Under the pieces are notes generated by a model. That model worked only from the letters and a program-made list of their open reading frames with translations. It was not told where the DNA came from and did not search any database. A stretch of DNA of 64,000 nucleotides from assembly GCA_963831685.1 (NCBI GenBank), contig CAWHRJ010000002.1:675188-739187 (forward strand), written 5' to 3'. Origin of the DNA: an uncultured Pseudomonadota bacterium. Its GTDB lineage: Bacteria; Myxococcota_A; Polyangia; Fen-1088. Positions 37,988-46,963 of this stretch are shown here, in pieces; positions within the stretch are counted from its first letter, which is position 1, and each line of letters begins with the position of its first letter. Both the position numbers and the translations under genes were made by a program.

Positions 37988-39439
37988 ATGCTCCCACGGG
38001 CCTCCTCCGTGGCGCCGACGGTGGCGCTGGCGATGTTGCTGTCATCCGGCTGTCTCCGCCCCGGCGGATCGACAGTCGCGGTCGCCGCCCGCACCCGCCC
38101 CTCGCCCAGCAAGCCGCTGGTCGGTCTCCAGCGTGACTTCGTCGACCTGCGCTTCGGAATGTTCCTCCACTTCGGGATCCTCACCTACACGGGCTCGTGG
38201 TCGAAGCCGAACCTCGACATCAAGCTGTTCAATCCGGTCGGTCTCGATCCCGGCCAGTGGGCCGACGCCGCCGTCTCCGCGCACATGAGGTACGGCGTGC
38301 TCACCACGCACCACCACGACGGCTTCGCGCTCTGGCCCAGCAAGGCGAGCGACTTCAACGTCGGCCACATCCCCTGGCGCGGCGGAAAAGGCGACGTCGT
38401 GCGCGAGTTCGTCGACGCGTTCCGCAAGCGGGGCCTGGCGACGGGGCTCTACTATTCGATCTGGGACACCACCGAGGGGGTCGCGGCCGGGGAGCTGACG
38501 CCCGCGAAGCGCGCCTACGTGAAGACGCAGCTCACCGAGCTGCTGACCAACTACGGTCCGATCGCCATCCTGGTCATCGACGGCTGGTCCTGGCAGATGG
38601 GACACAACGCCGTCGCCTACCAGGAGATCCGTGACCTGGTGAAGTCGCTGCAGCCGGATTGCCTGCTGACCGATCACACCCACCTCGCCGACCCGTGGGA
38701 CGTCGACGTCGTGAACTTCGAGGAGCCGCGCGGCGGCTCTGCGCCCGACGGCAACACCTACCCGGCCCAGCAAGAACAGAAGGTCAACGCCGGCGGAGGC
38801 AACGACTGGTTCTGGGCGCCCGACGTGGGCGGCCTGATGACCCTCGACGAGATCGCCCGCAAGCACCTCGCCGATCTCGAGCCGAAGTGGACCAACTTCC
38901 TGCTCAACTGTCCGCCCAACCGCGACGGCAAGCTCCCCGCGGAGATCGTGAAGCTCCTCCACGACGTCGGCGCGGCCTGGACGCCAAACGCCGCGCGCCC
39001 GCCCCTGCCGGCGCAGCCGCCCCAGAACGAGCTCCCCTACACGCCCGAGTCGGCGACGGCGCAGAGCGGCAACGCCGACGCCGCCATCGACGGCAAGAAC
39101 GACACCGACTTCATCAGCATGTGGGAGCCGACCGGCGCGCTGCCGCAATCGATCACGCTCGATCTCGGGCACGTCGAGCCCGACGTCGGCTGGCTGGGCG
39201 TCGTCCCCCGCTATCACCACGAGAAGAGCAGCACCGACGGCAACGTCACGTCGTACCGGATCCTGACCAGCACCGAGGGGGTCGACTTCCACGAGGCGAC
39301 GTCCGGAACCTGGCCCGCCGACGGCCGGATGAAACAGACCGCCTTCGGCCCCACGCCCGCGCGCTACGTGCGCTTCGAGATCCGCGCCGCCAACGGCAAA
39401 CCCGCAGTCACGGAAGTCACCGTCGGCGCCCGTCCTTAG
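37988..39439 (+). CDS. GH29 alpha-L-fucosidase with C-terminal F5/8 type C (discoidin/CBM32-like) domain, lipoprotein
   Basis: LRFGMFLHFGILTY, GVLTTHHHDGFALWPS, YYSIWD and IDGWSW are GH29 blocks. The C-terminus AIDGKNDTDFISMWEP...YVRFEI is discoidin-like. Confidence 0.9.
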   Translation: MLPRASSVAPTVALAMLLSSGCLRPGGSTVAVAARTRPSPSKPLVGLQRDFVDLRFGMFLHFGILTYTGSWSKPNLDIKLFNPVGLDPGQWADAAVSAHMRYGVLTTHHHDGFALWPSKASDFNVGHIPWRGGKGDVVREFVDAFRKRGLATGLYYSIWDTTEGVAAGELTPAKRAYVKTQLTELLTNYGPIAILVIDGWSWQMGHNAVAYQEIRDLVKSLQPDCLLTDHTHLADPWDVDVVNFEEPRGGSAPDGNTYPAQQEQKVNAGGGNDWFWAPDVGGLMTLDEIARKHLADLEPKWTNFLLNCPPNRDGKLPAEIVKLLHDVGAAWTPNAARPPLPAQPPQNELPYTPESATAQSGNADAAIDGKNDTDFISMWEPTGALPQSITLDLGHVEPDVGWLGVVPRYHHEKSSTDGNVTSYRILTSTEGVDFHEATSGTWPADGRMKQTAFGPTPARYVRFEIRAANGKPAVTEVTVGARP

Positions 39440-39447
39440 GAGACCCG

Positions 39448-41076
39448 ATGCGCACAATCTGGATCTGTTTGCTCACGCTCGCGGCCCTGCTCGCCGGCGT
39501 CACCGCCCGCGCCGCCGACGATCCGAAGCACGCCCTGCCGCGCATCGTCCATCCGGACGGCCGCTACGCGCTGCTCGTCGACGGTGCGCCGTTCTTGGTC
39601 CTCGGCGCGCAGGTGAACAACTCGAGCGCCTGGCCCGCCGTGCTGCCCGAGGTCTGGCCCGCCATCAAGGCCATCCACGCCAACACCGTCGAGATGCCGG
39701 TTTACTGGGAGCAGTTCGAGCCCAAGCCCGGCGCCTTCGACTACACCGTGGTCGACACGCTCGTCGCGCAGAGCCGCAAGAACGGCGTCCGCTTGATCCT
39801 CCTCTGGTTCGCGACCTGGAAAAACAACGGACCGGCCTACGTGCCGCTCTGGCTCAAACAGGACGCCAAGCGATTCGCGCGCATGCAGACCGCGGACGGG
39901 CGCCCGATCGGGTCGATCTCCCCGTTCTCCCCCGAGATGCTGGAGGCCGACAAGCGTGCGTTCGCCGCGCTCATGCGCCACCTCAAGAAGACCGACGGCC
40001 AGCACACAGTCATCATGGTGCAGGTGGAGAACGAGTCCGGCACCTGGGGCGCCGTCCGCGACTACTCGCCGGCCGCTCGCCAGGCGTTCGAGGGCCCCGT
40101 ACCGAGGGAGGTCGTGCAGGCGATGGACGCGCCGGCTCTTCCCGTTTCCCGCGCCACCTGGACCGACATCTTCGGCAAGAACGCCGACGAGTTCTTTCAT
40201 GCCTGGGCGGTGGCCCGCTACGTCGGCGAGGTGGCCGCCGCCGGCAAGGCCGAGTATCCGCTGCCGCTCTACGCGAACGCCGCGCTCCGCGATCCGATCT
40301 CGCCGGGACCGACCGTCAAATGGGAGAGCGGCGGCCCGACCGACGACGTGCTGCCGATCTGGAAGGCGGCCGCGCCCGCGCTCGATCTCCTGGCGCCGGA
40401 CATCTACATGGACGACTACGCCAAGGTCGACAAGGTGATGGAGCTCTACGGGCGCCCGGACAACCCGCTCTTCATCCCCGAGATCTCGAACGCGCCGCAG
40501 TACGCGCGCTTCTTCTTCCTCGCGCTCGGCCACGAGACGCTGGGGTTTGCGCCGTTCGGGATCGACTTCACGAAGTACGTGAACTTTCCCCTCGGCGCCA
40601 AGAAGATGAACGAGGAGACGCTGGCGCCGTTCGCGCTCAACTACGCGCTCGTCGGCCCGATGATGCGCGAGCTCGCCCGCCTCGGCTTCGAGGGAAAGGT
40701 TCACGGCGTGGCCGAAAAGAAAGGGACGCCCGCGCAGAGCCTGGAAGTTGGCGCCTGGAAAGTCGACGTCCGCTACGGCCTGCCGCAGTTCGGCTTCGGC
40801 AATAACCCGCCCGGGAACCCCGAGCCCGTCGGCGGCGCGTTCGTTGCCCAGCTCGCCGACAACCAGTTCCTGGTGGCCGGCTTCCACTGCCGCCTCGATT
40901 TCCAGACCGCCGCCACCGCGCCCAAGAAGCAGCGCGACTACGTCCGCGTCGAGGAGGGGACCTACGAGGACGGCAAGTTCAAGTTCCGCCGCCTCTGGAA
41001 CGGCGACCAGACCGACTGGGGCCTCAACTTCACCTCGGACCCCGTGGTCCTGCGCGTGACGCTGGGGACGTACTGA
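39448..41076 (+). CDS. GH35-type beta-galactosidase (with DUF5597-like C-terminal domain), secreted
   Basis: Internal ATG after GGAGA. Signal peptide MRTIWICLLTLAALLAGVTARA. NTVEMPVYWEQFEPKPGAFDY...LILLWFATWKNN...VIMVQVENESG. Confidence 0.8.
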   Translation: MRTIWICLLTLAALLAGVTARAADDPKHALPRIVHPDGRYALLVDGAPFLVLGAQVNNSSAWPAVLPEVWPAIKAIHANTVEMPVYWEQFEPKPGAFDYTVVDTLVAQSRKNGVRLILLWFATWKNNGPAYVPLWLKQDAKRFARMQTADGRPIGSISPFSPEMLEADKRAFAALMRHLKKTDGQHTVIMVQVENESGTWGAVRDYSPAARQAFEGPVPREVVQAMDAPALPVSRATWTDIFGKNADEFFHAWAVARYVGEVAAAGKAEYPLPLYANAALRDPISPGPTVKWESGGPTDDVLPIWKAAAPALDLLAPDIYMDDYAKVDKVMELYGRPDNPLFIPEISNAPQYARFFFLALGHETLGFAPFGIDFTKYVNFPLGAKKMNEETLAPFALNYALVGPMMRELARLGFEGKVHGVAEKKGTPAQSLEVGAWKVDVRYGLPQFGFGNNPPGNPEPVGGAFVAQLADNQFLVAGFHCRLDFQTAATAPKKQRDYVRVEEGTYEDGKFKFRRLWNGDQTDWGLNFTSDPVVLRVTLGTY

Positions 41077-41080
41077 CCAG

Positions 41081-41542
41081 CTACGCCGCCTTGCGGTGTC
41101 TGGCGAGCTGTTCGGCACTCTTCCAGAGATGCTCGAGCTCGCGAATGCGGCCCTCGACGTCACTCGCGAGCGTTCCGAGATGAGCCACCAGCTCCGCGCT
41201 CGGTTCGCTTCGGCCCCGAGATACCTTGGAGAGGTACCCTTCGGAGAGACCGAGCAACTGTTCGAGACGGCGCATCGAGAGCTTCTGCTTCTGAATCTTT
41301 CGAATGGACGCCTCCCATAGCTGGCGAAGCACGTCCCGGTAGACTTTCTCGAGACCGGCGTCCAATGCGCTGGCGGTTGCGCGGTCCATCCATTCAGTCC
41401 CGCAATTGTTGCAAGTCGGAATCTTGAGCTCCGCCGGGATCTCCAGCTCCAGATTCTTGTAGTTTCCGCGGCGTCCCGACTTCGCGAGAGGACGGACCTC
41501 GCCCACCCCGCACTCACGACATCGACGAATGACGTTGCTCAT
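41081..41542 (-). CDS. mqsA: MqsA-type antitoxin (N-terminal zinc ribbon plus C-terminal HTH)
   Basis: MSNVIRRCRECGVGEV...IPTCNNCGTEW (CxxC...CxxC), then LLGLSEGYLSKVSRGRSEPS (XRE HTH). GAGGAGG lies upstream of the ATG at 41542. Confidence 0.8.
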   Translation of the reverse strand: MSNVIRRCRECGVGEVRPLAKSGRRGNYKNLELEIPAELKIPTCNNCGTEWMDRATASALDAGLEKVYRDVLRQLWEASIRKIQKQKLSMRRLEQLLGLSEGYLSKVSRGRSEPSAELVAHLGTLASDVEGRIRELEHLWKSAEQLARHRKAA

Positions 41543-41556
41543 GTCCTGCGACCTCC

Positions 41557-41892
41557 TCACGGCTTCAACATTCCTTTGTTCGTTCGCAACGGCCTCTCCA
41601 AGGGATGGAATGAGACGACGGCAACCTCGGGAATCGTCTCGTCAATACAGAGCTTGAGCATCCACCCCCCACCCGCGCGGGAGATGCCGTAGACGTCGAG
41701 GATGTCGGTCTGCTCGCTTCGATACGCATAGTCGCGTTCGGTGAGTGCGGCCAGCGTCGCCTGAGCGGCGTCGAAGGCTTCGGTATAGGTAGAGAAGAAT
41801 GCACTCGCCCGCCCCTTCTGGACGAAGATGGCACCCCGGGCCGCGAGAGTCTTTACCCGGTCGAGGGGCCAGTAAGGCTTCTTCGCCTTCAC
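41557..41892 (-). CDS. mqsR: MqsR-type toxin
   Basis: KPYWPLDRVKTLAARGAIFV...LTERDYAYRSEQ...DVYGISRAGGGWMLKLCIDE..EVAVVSFH is collinear with E. coli MqsR as I remember it. I prefer the GTG at 41892, which leaves both palindromes upstream. Confidence 0.7.
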   Translation of the reverse strand: MKAKKPYWPLDRVKTLAARGAIFVQKGRASAFFSTYTEAFDAAQATLAALTERDYAYRSEQTDILDVYGISRAGGGWMLKLCIDETIPEVAVVSFHPLERPLRTNKGMLKP

Positions 41893-41907
41893 CTGATTGA
41901 CTTTAGC

Positions 41908-41952
41908 ATGGGAGTAACTCCCATGCCAGGCGACAATGGGAGCTACTCCCAT
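41908..41952. promoter_or_regulatory. Twin 17-bp palindromes, candidate MqsA operators
   Basis: ATGGGAGTAACTCCCAT (41908-41924) and ATGGGAGCTACTCCCAT (41936-41952), 28 bp centre to centre, between the CE20-like stop and the mqsR start. Confidence 0.55.
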
Positions 41953-41973
41953 CCGTCGCCGACAGGGTTCCGG

Positions 41974-43947
41974 TCAGTTCCCGTCGGTCCGGAACGGCGA
42001 CGCGGGCAACCCGGCCTTGTTGAACAGATTGCCGTCGGGAACGTTGGCCCAGCCGTAGCGGACGGCGACGGGTTGGGCGACGTCCGAGCTGGTGACGACC
42101 ACCGTCTTGCCGCGGATCTCCGCCCTGGCCGGGTGAAACGCGCCGTCGGCACCGGCCACGGTGAAGCCCTTGAGCGGACTGCCCTTCGCGATGAGGCCGC
42201 CGCCCATGTGGGTGAAGGTCAGCGTCGCCTTGCTGCCCTTGACCTTCAGCGCATCGAACACCGGGCCCGAGTACTCGAGCTTTTCCCCGTACGCGAGCGC
42301 GCGCGCCGCCAGCGCGAGGCGGGCGCCCACGGCCTGCTTGTGCGGGGGGTGGATGTCCTTGGCGTCGCCGATGTCGATCGTCACCGCCATCGCCGTCCCC
42401 GGCGTGTGCAGCCAGGTGGCGAGCTGGGCGTCGCGGAGCTCGGGCGTCATGTCGGCGTGGGGCGCGATCTGGACGAAGAGGAACGGGAAGTCCGCGCCCC
42501 AGGCGCGCCGCCAGTCGGCGATCAGCGCGGGGAAGAGCGCGCGGTACTGCTGGGCGCGTTGGACGTTGGCCTCGCCCTGGTACCAGACGACGCCGCGGAT
42601 CGCGTACGGCACCAGCGGCGCGATCATCGCGTTGTAAAGGATCGTCGGCGAGTTGATGTCGCCGATGACGCCCGTCGGGGGCTGCGGCGCGCCCTGCAGG
42701 TTCATCCCGATGCGGTACTGCCACGGGCCCGCCAGCGGGACCAGCTTCAGGGCGGGCCCGAGCGACGCGGTCTGCAATCCCACGCCCGGCCTCCCCTTGA
42801 ACACGAGCTGCAGCTTCTCCTCGCCCCAGATGCCGCCCCCGCCGCCGGTGTCGAGCACGCGCACGGCAACGACGTTGCGGCCGGGTTTGAGCACGCCGGC
42901 AGGGACAGCGTACCTCCGGACGACGTTGTAGCCGACCGTGCCCCCGAGCTTCACGCCGTTGACCCAGGTGGTGTCGATGTCGTCGACCATGCCGAGCTGC
43001 AGCTCGGCGGCGGCGTTCGCGGCCTTGGCGGGGAGATTGAAGCTCTTGCGGAACCAGACGACGCCGTTGAGATCCGGCTCGCCCGCGTCCTCCCACAGCG
43101 TCGGCAGCGTCATCGTCTTCCAGTCGGCCGCGTCGAGCGCCGGATCGCTCCAGAGCTTGCCCGCGACCGAGCCGGTGTCGTTGGCCGCGAACCAGATCTC
43201 CAGCTTCGCCTCATACGCGCGCCGCGCGGCCTCCGGATCGGCGATCAGCGTCTTGATCTCCGCGCCCACGTCGGCGAAGTCCGGCAGCGTGCGCAGCCCC
43301 GCCTCGCTGGTCCAGGCCTCCGCCGGCGTGCCGCCCCACGAGCTGTGAATGATGCCGATCGGGAGGTGGCGCGCGCGCTCGAGATCGCGGGCGAAGAAGT
43401 AACCGACGGCCGTGAAGTCCTTGACCGTGTCGGGCGAGCAGACGGTCCACGCGCCCTTCACGGTCGCCAGCGGCGTCAGCGACTTCACCTGTTCGACGCC
43501 GAAGTGACGGATCTGCGGGTGCGTCGCCGCGGCGACCTCCTTCTCCCAGTCGTCGATCGGCTGCTGCCCGGCGCGCAGGCCGAGCTGCCGCTCCATGTTC
43601 GACTGCCCGCCCGCGATCCAGACCTCGCCGACGAGAATGTCGGAGAGGACGAGCTTGTTCTTCCCCGAGATCGTCAGCGTCTCTGGCCCGCCGGCTTTGA
43701 GCGGCGCGAGGCGCACCAGCCACTTGCCGTCGGTGCCGGCCGTCGACGACACAGTCTGGCCGGCGATCTCGACGGTGACGGCCTCGCCCGGATCCGCCGT
43801 CCCCCAGATCGGAACGTTCGTTCCCTGCTGCAGGACCGCGTGATCGGCGAAGAGCGGGTTGGGGACGACCGCGGCACGAACGGGCGACGACAGCCAGGCG
43901 GTCGCGAGCGAGGCGGCGAGCAGCGAACCAAAAGCGTTGAGCTTCAC
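41974..43947 (-). CDS. Sialate-O-acetylesterase-like SGNH esterase with inserted domain (CE20-type candidate xyloglucan acetylesterase), secreted
   Basis: 657 aa. Signal peptide; GEVWIAGGQSNME (GxSN catalytic block); HSSWGGTPAEAW; VVWYQGEAN. Confidence 0.8.
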   Translation of the reverse strand: MKLNAFGSLLAASLATAWLSSPVRAAVVPNPLFADHAVLQQGTNVPIWGTADPGEAVTVEIAGQTVSSTAGTDGKWLVRLAPLKAGGPETLTISGKNKLVLSDILVGEVWIAGGQSNMERQLGLRAGQQPIDDWEKEVAAATHPQIRHFGVEQVKSLTPLATVKGAWTVCSPDTVKDFTAVGYFFARDLERARHLPIGIIHSSWGGTPAEAWTSEAGLRTLPDFADVGAEIKTLIADPEAARRAYEAKLEIWFAANDTGSVAGKLWSDPALDAADWKTMTLPTLWEDAGEPDLNGVVWFRKSFNLPAKAANAAAELQLGMVDDIDTTWVNGVKLGGTVGYNVVRRYAVPAGVLKPGRNVVAVRVLDTGGGGGIWGEEKLQLVFKGRPGVGLQTASLGPALKLVPLAGPWQYRIGMNLQGAPQPPTGVIGDINSPTILYNAMIAPLVPYAIRGVVWYQGEANVQRAQQYRALFPALIADWRRAWGADFPFLFVQIAPHADMTPELRDAQLATWLHTPGTAMAVTIDIGDAKDIHPPHKQAVGARLALAARALAYGEKLEYSGPVFDALKVKGSKATLTFTHMGGGLIAKGSPLKGFTVAGADGAFHPARAEIRGKTVVVTSSDVAQPVAVRYGWANVPDGNLFNKAGLPASPFRTDGN

Positions 43948-43976
43948 CGCATCCCTATACTACACGTTACCCACGC

Positions 43977-44312
43977 ATGAACCTGGCACGCGCGACGCTG
44001 ATCCTCTCGGCAACGGCTGGGCTCGTCGCTTCAACCGGCTGCACCCCGTCGACCTGCGGCTGCGTCGTCCCGGACACCGGCGCGCCTGCGGCAAAACCGA
44101 TCGCAGCCGCCGCATCCCCCCTCGCGCCGGCCGTGGACCCGGCGCCGTCCGTGCCGCACGCCCCGCTGCCCGACCACTTCCCCGCCGGCAAGCGGCTGCG
44201 CGTGCGCGTCGACGGCGGCACGCTCTCCCAGAACGGCCAGACGCTCGCCTGGGACGCCCACGGGTACTACGAGATCGCACTCGACGCCGGCTCGCTGATG
44301 CTCGGGCCGTGA
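43977..44312 (+). CDS. Small lipoprotein, unknown function
   Basis: MNLARATLILSATAGLVASTGC lipobox, 111 aa. Confidence 0.45.
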   Translation: MNLARATLILSATAGLVASTGCTPSTCGCVVPDTGAPAAKPIAAAASPLAPAVDPAPSVPHAPLPDHFPAGKRLRVRVDGGTLSQNGQTLAWDAHGYYEIALDAGSLMLGP

Positions 44313-44331
44313 CAGCCAGCGTCGGCGTCGC

Positions 44332-45378
44332 CTACTGCATGAAGGTGATGTCGTCGATGTTGAAGGTGACCGTCGCCGGGACGGGGATGTAGACGCCCGC
44401 GTCGGCGGCCTTGCTGGGATCCGCAATGAACGCCAGCGGCACCGACCACCCAAGCCCGGTGATGTTGTTCCCGTTGGGCGTCACCGACGCCGTCCCGGAC
44501 GTGCCGGGCGTGAAGTCCGACCAGAGGATCGACACTTGCGTCCAGTCGGTGGTGATCGGGATGTTGTCCTTCTCGGCCGGCTTGCAAGTGTCCGCGGTGC
44601 CCGGGCAGATGCCGCCCATCGCCGCGTTCATCGAATTCGGCAGGTCGGTGCTGTCCATCGAGAGGGTGAACGAGAAGGTGCCCGTCCCCGACGTGCCGCG
44701 CACCCAGAACGAGATCCCCTTGTACGCCGACGCGTCGGCGCAGCCCATCCAGATGCCGCCGCCCATCCCCCACATCGTGGCAGACAGGGTCTCGCCCGCC
44801 GCCCAGGTGCTCGGCGGATGCCCGCCCACCATGGAGAGCGTCGGCGCCGTACTTCCCGTGGCCTCCGGATACTGGAAGAACCCGGCATAGGCCGTTCCCG
44901 TGTTCACGGTCGTCGTGCCGAAGCCCGTGGAATAGTTGTCGGCGGTCATCGTCCCCATGCCGGTGTAGTTCTCGAAGTTCATGAAGACGGGCGTCATGAT
45001 CGTGGTCTTCGTGGCGCACTCTTTCACGGCGGGGGCGCCGGCGGCGCCGCCCGTGCCGGTGCTTCCGCCGCTCGACGTGCTCGCGCCGCCCGAGCCCGTG
45101 TTGCCGCCGCTCGACGTGCTCGAACCGCCCGAGCCCGTGTTGCCGCCGCTCGACGTGCTCGAACCGCCCGAGCCCGTGTTGCCGCCCGAGCCGCTGCCGT
45201 TCCCGCCCGAGCCCGTCGAACCGCCCGACGACGACCCACCGCTCCCCTGGTTGCCGCCGCTGGCGCTGTTGTTGCCGCCGGAGCCGCTGGTCCCGTTGCC
45301 TCCCCCCTGCGCGCACCCTGCCCCAACCAACAACGCCAACGCCGACACTCCGAGAACGAAACGTGACTTCGTGTTCAT
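44332..45378 (-). CDS. Lipoprotein: Gly/Ser/Thr linker plus non-catalytic carbohydrate-binding-module-like domain
   Basis: LLVGAGC lipobox, about 100 aa of GSGGNTGSGGSSTSS repeats, then a beta-sandwich-like domain (ISFWVRGTSGTGTFSFTL...WTQVSILWSDF...VTFNIDDITF). Confidence 0.65.
   Translation of the reverse strand: MNTKSRFVLGVSALALLVGAGCAQGGGNGTSGSGGNNSASGGNQGSGGSSSGGSTGSGGNGSGSGGNTGSGGSSTSSGGNTGSGGSSTSSGGNTGSGGASTSSGGSTGTGGAAGAPAVKECATKTTIMTPVFMNFENYTGMGTMTADNYSTGFGTTTVNTGTAYAGFFQYPEATGSTAPTLSMVGGHPPSTWAAGETLSATMWGMGGGIWMGCADASAYKGISFWVRGTSGTGTFSFTLSMDSTDLPNSMNAAMGGICPGTADTCKPAEKDNIPITTDWTQVSILWSDFTPGTSGTASVTPNGNNITGLGWSVPLAFIADPSKAADAGVYIPVPATVTFNIDDITFMQ
45062..45180. repeat. 39-bp tandem repeat (three copies) encoding the GNTGSGGSSTSSG linker
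   Basis: tgccgccgctcgacgtgctcgaaccgcccgagcccgtgt is repeated head to tail. Confidence 0.8.
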
Positions 45379-45403
45379 GACAGCTCCAGTGAGGAAGTGA
45401 GAC

Positions 45404-46897
45404 CTATTGAATGCGGCAGTAGTAACCGGTGGTGTCCAGCTCGCCGGTGCCGGTGAAGATCTCCGTGCCGGACTGGACGCTGGTGATGTACTTCGACGAC
45501 GACAGCCAGCCGCGCGACACGAGATCGCCGGTGAAGTCCTTGATGTTGACCACGGCGCTGGTGGCGTTCTGCGTCCGGACGTACGAGAAGACGTTCCAGG
45601 TCGTCGACCCGCGGTAGAGATCCCAGCTGGCCGAGTCGATGGTGACGGTCGCCTGCTTGGTCCCCACGGGGCCGGCGCCGTTCAAGACGTCGAGCCAGAT
45701 CATCATCTCGTCGGTCGGGTTGTCGTTGCTCCCCGGCATCATGATCGAGTGGATGAAGACGTCGTACGCGACCTCGGCCGAGCCGCCCGTGTTGGTGAAG
45801 GTGAAGCTCCAGCCGCAGTTCAGCTTGCTGCCCGACGAGATCTGCAGCGGCAGACCGCTGCTGGTCAGCTTCCAGCCGAACTGCCAGCCGAGCACCGAGC
45901 TGGCGTATGACTTCACCTTGTTGCTGGTCCCGGTCCAGTTCCAGCTGGTCCCCCAGCCGATCAGATCCCCCTGCTGGCAGGTCGACCAGATCGACTGCGT
46001 CCCCGAACCGGTGCTGGCGCCCCACTGGTTGTTGTTGATCCAGTACTTGCCGAGCGTGATCGAAGCGTTGGCTGCCGACGACGTGTTGGCCTTCGAGGCG
46101 GGCGTGCAGGAGAGGCTGTTCGGATCGAGGCAGGCCCCGAACAGGCACTGCGTGCCGCTGCCGCAGACCGTGCCGCACTTGCCGCAGTTCTTCGCGTCGG
46201 TGTTCATGTTGGTGCAGGCGCCGCTGCAGGCGGTCTGGCCCGACGGACAGGTGCAGACGCCACTCGCGCAGGTAGCGCCCGTCGCGCAAGCGTTGCCGCA
46301 GGTGCCGCAGTTGACGGTGCTGGACATGACGTCCTTGCAGGCGCCGCCGCAGTCCCCCTGCCCCGTCGAACAGATGCAGGCGCTCTGCCAGCAGGACTGA
46401 TCGGAACGGCAGGCCTTGCCGCAGCCGCCGCAGTTCGTCTGGCTGCCCGTCGTGTCGACGCACGAGGTGCCGCACAACATGAGCGTGCCGGCGCAGGTCC
46501 CCGAGGTGCCGCCGCTGCCCGTCGAGCCTCCCTTGCCCGTCGCGCCGCCGGTACCGGGCGAGCCGCCGCTCGCCGCGCCGCCGCTGCCGGTCGTCCCGCC
46601 GCTGCCGCCGCTCGCCGGCGAGCCACCGCTGCCGGTGGTCCCGCCGCTGCCGCCGCTGCCGGTCGAGCCGCCGCTGCCGCTGGTCACGATACCACCGCCG
46701 GATCCGGTGCTGCCGCCCGAGGCGCTGCCCCCGCCGCTGCCAGTGTCGCCGCCCGAGCCGGACCCGACGGCGCCGCCGCTCCCCGTCCCCGAACCGCCTC
46801 CCTGGCCGCTGCTCCCGCCGTCGGTGCTCGCGCAGGAGAATGACGCCAGGGCCAGAAGCGCCACGAACGACGTTCCTTTGATGCCGGACAGCGTCAT
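45404..46897 (-). CDS. GH12 endo-beta-1,4-glucanase/xyloglucanase with Gly/Ser linker and NCG.CG Cys-rich repeats, lipoprotein
   Basis: The C-terminal domain carries INNNQWG, WGTSWNW, AYDVFIH, TDEMMIWL and SVQSGTEIFTG, which is the GH12 pattern. Confidence 0.85.
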   Translation of the reverse strand: MTLSGIKGTSFVALLALASFSCASTDGGSSGQGGGSGTGSGGAVGSGSGGDTGSGGGSASGGSTGSGGGIVTSGSGGSTGSGGSGGTTGSGGSPASGGSGGTTGSGGAASGGSPGTGGATGKGGSTGSGGTSGTCAGTLMLCGTSCVDTTGSQTNCGGCGKACRSDQSCWQSACICSTGQGDCGGACKDVMSSTVNCGTCGNACATGATCASGVCTCPSGQTACSGACTNMNTDAKNCGKCGTVCGSGTQCLFGACLDPNSLSCTPASKANTSSAANASITLGKYWINNNQWGASTGSGTQSIWSTCQQGDLIGWGTSWNWTGTSNKVKSYASSVLGWQFGWKLTSSGLPLQISSGSKLNCGWSFTFTNTGGSAEVAYDVFIHSIMMPGSNDNPTDEMMIWLDVLNGAGPVGTKQATVTIDSASWDLYRGSTTWNVFSYVRTQNATSAVVNIKDFTGDLVSRGWLSSSKYITSVQSGTEIFTGTGELDTTGYYCRIQ

Positions 46898-46942
46898 TGC
46901 GGAAATCCGACTATAGGCTGAAAGCGGGAACGATACCAGGCG

Positions 46943-46959
46943 CGCCGCGACACGCGGCG
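46943..46959 (-). terminator. Hairpin downstream of the GH5 gene
   Basis: CGCCGCG-aca-CGCGGCG, 7-bp stem, no clear U-tract. Confidence 0.25.
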
Positions 46960-46963
46960 ACCC

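Noticed and set aside
38042-41517. Minus-strand ORFs 38042..39457 (471 aa) and 39436..41517 (693 aa).
   Set aside because: They are antisense to the GH29 and GH35 genes and show shadow-ORF composition.
41908-43980. The 690-aa plus-strand ORF.
   Set aside because: It is antisense to the CE20-like esterase, which carries the catalytic motifs.
44267-46916. Repetitive DNA in the linker regions, considered as a CRISPR array or other non-coding repeat.
   Set aside because: The repeats are in frame inside ORFs and encode Gly/Ser/Thr linkers. They have no spacer-repeat architecture.
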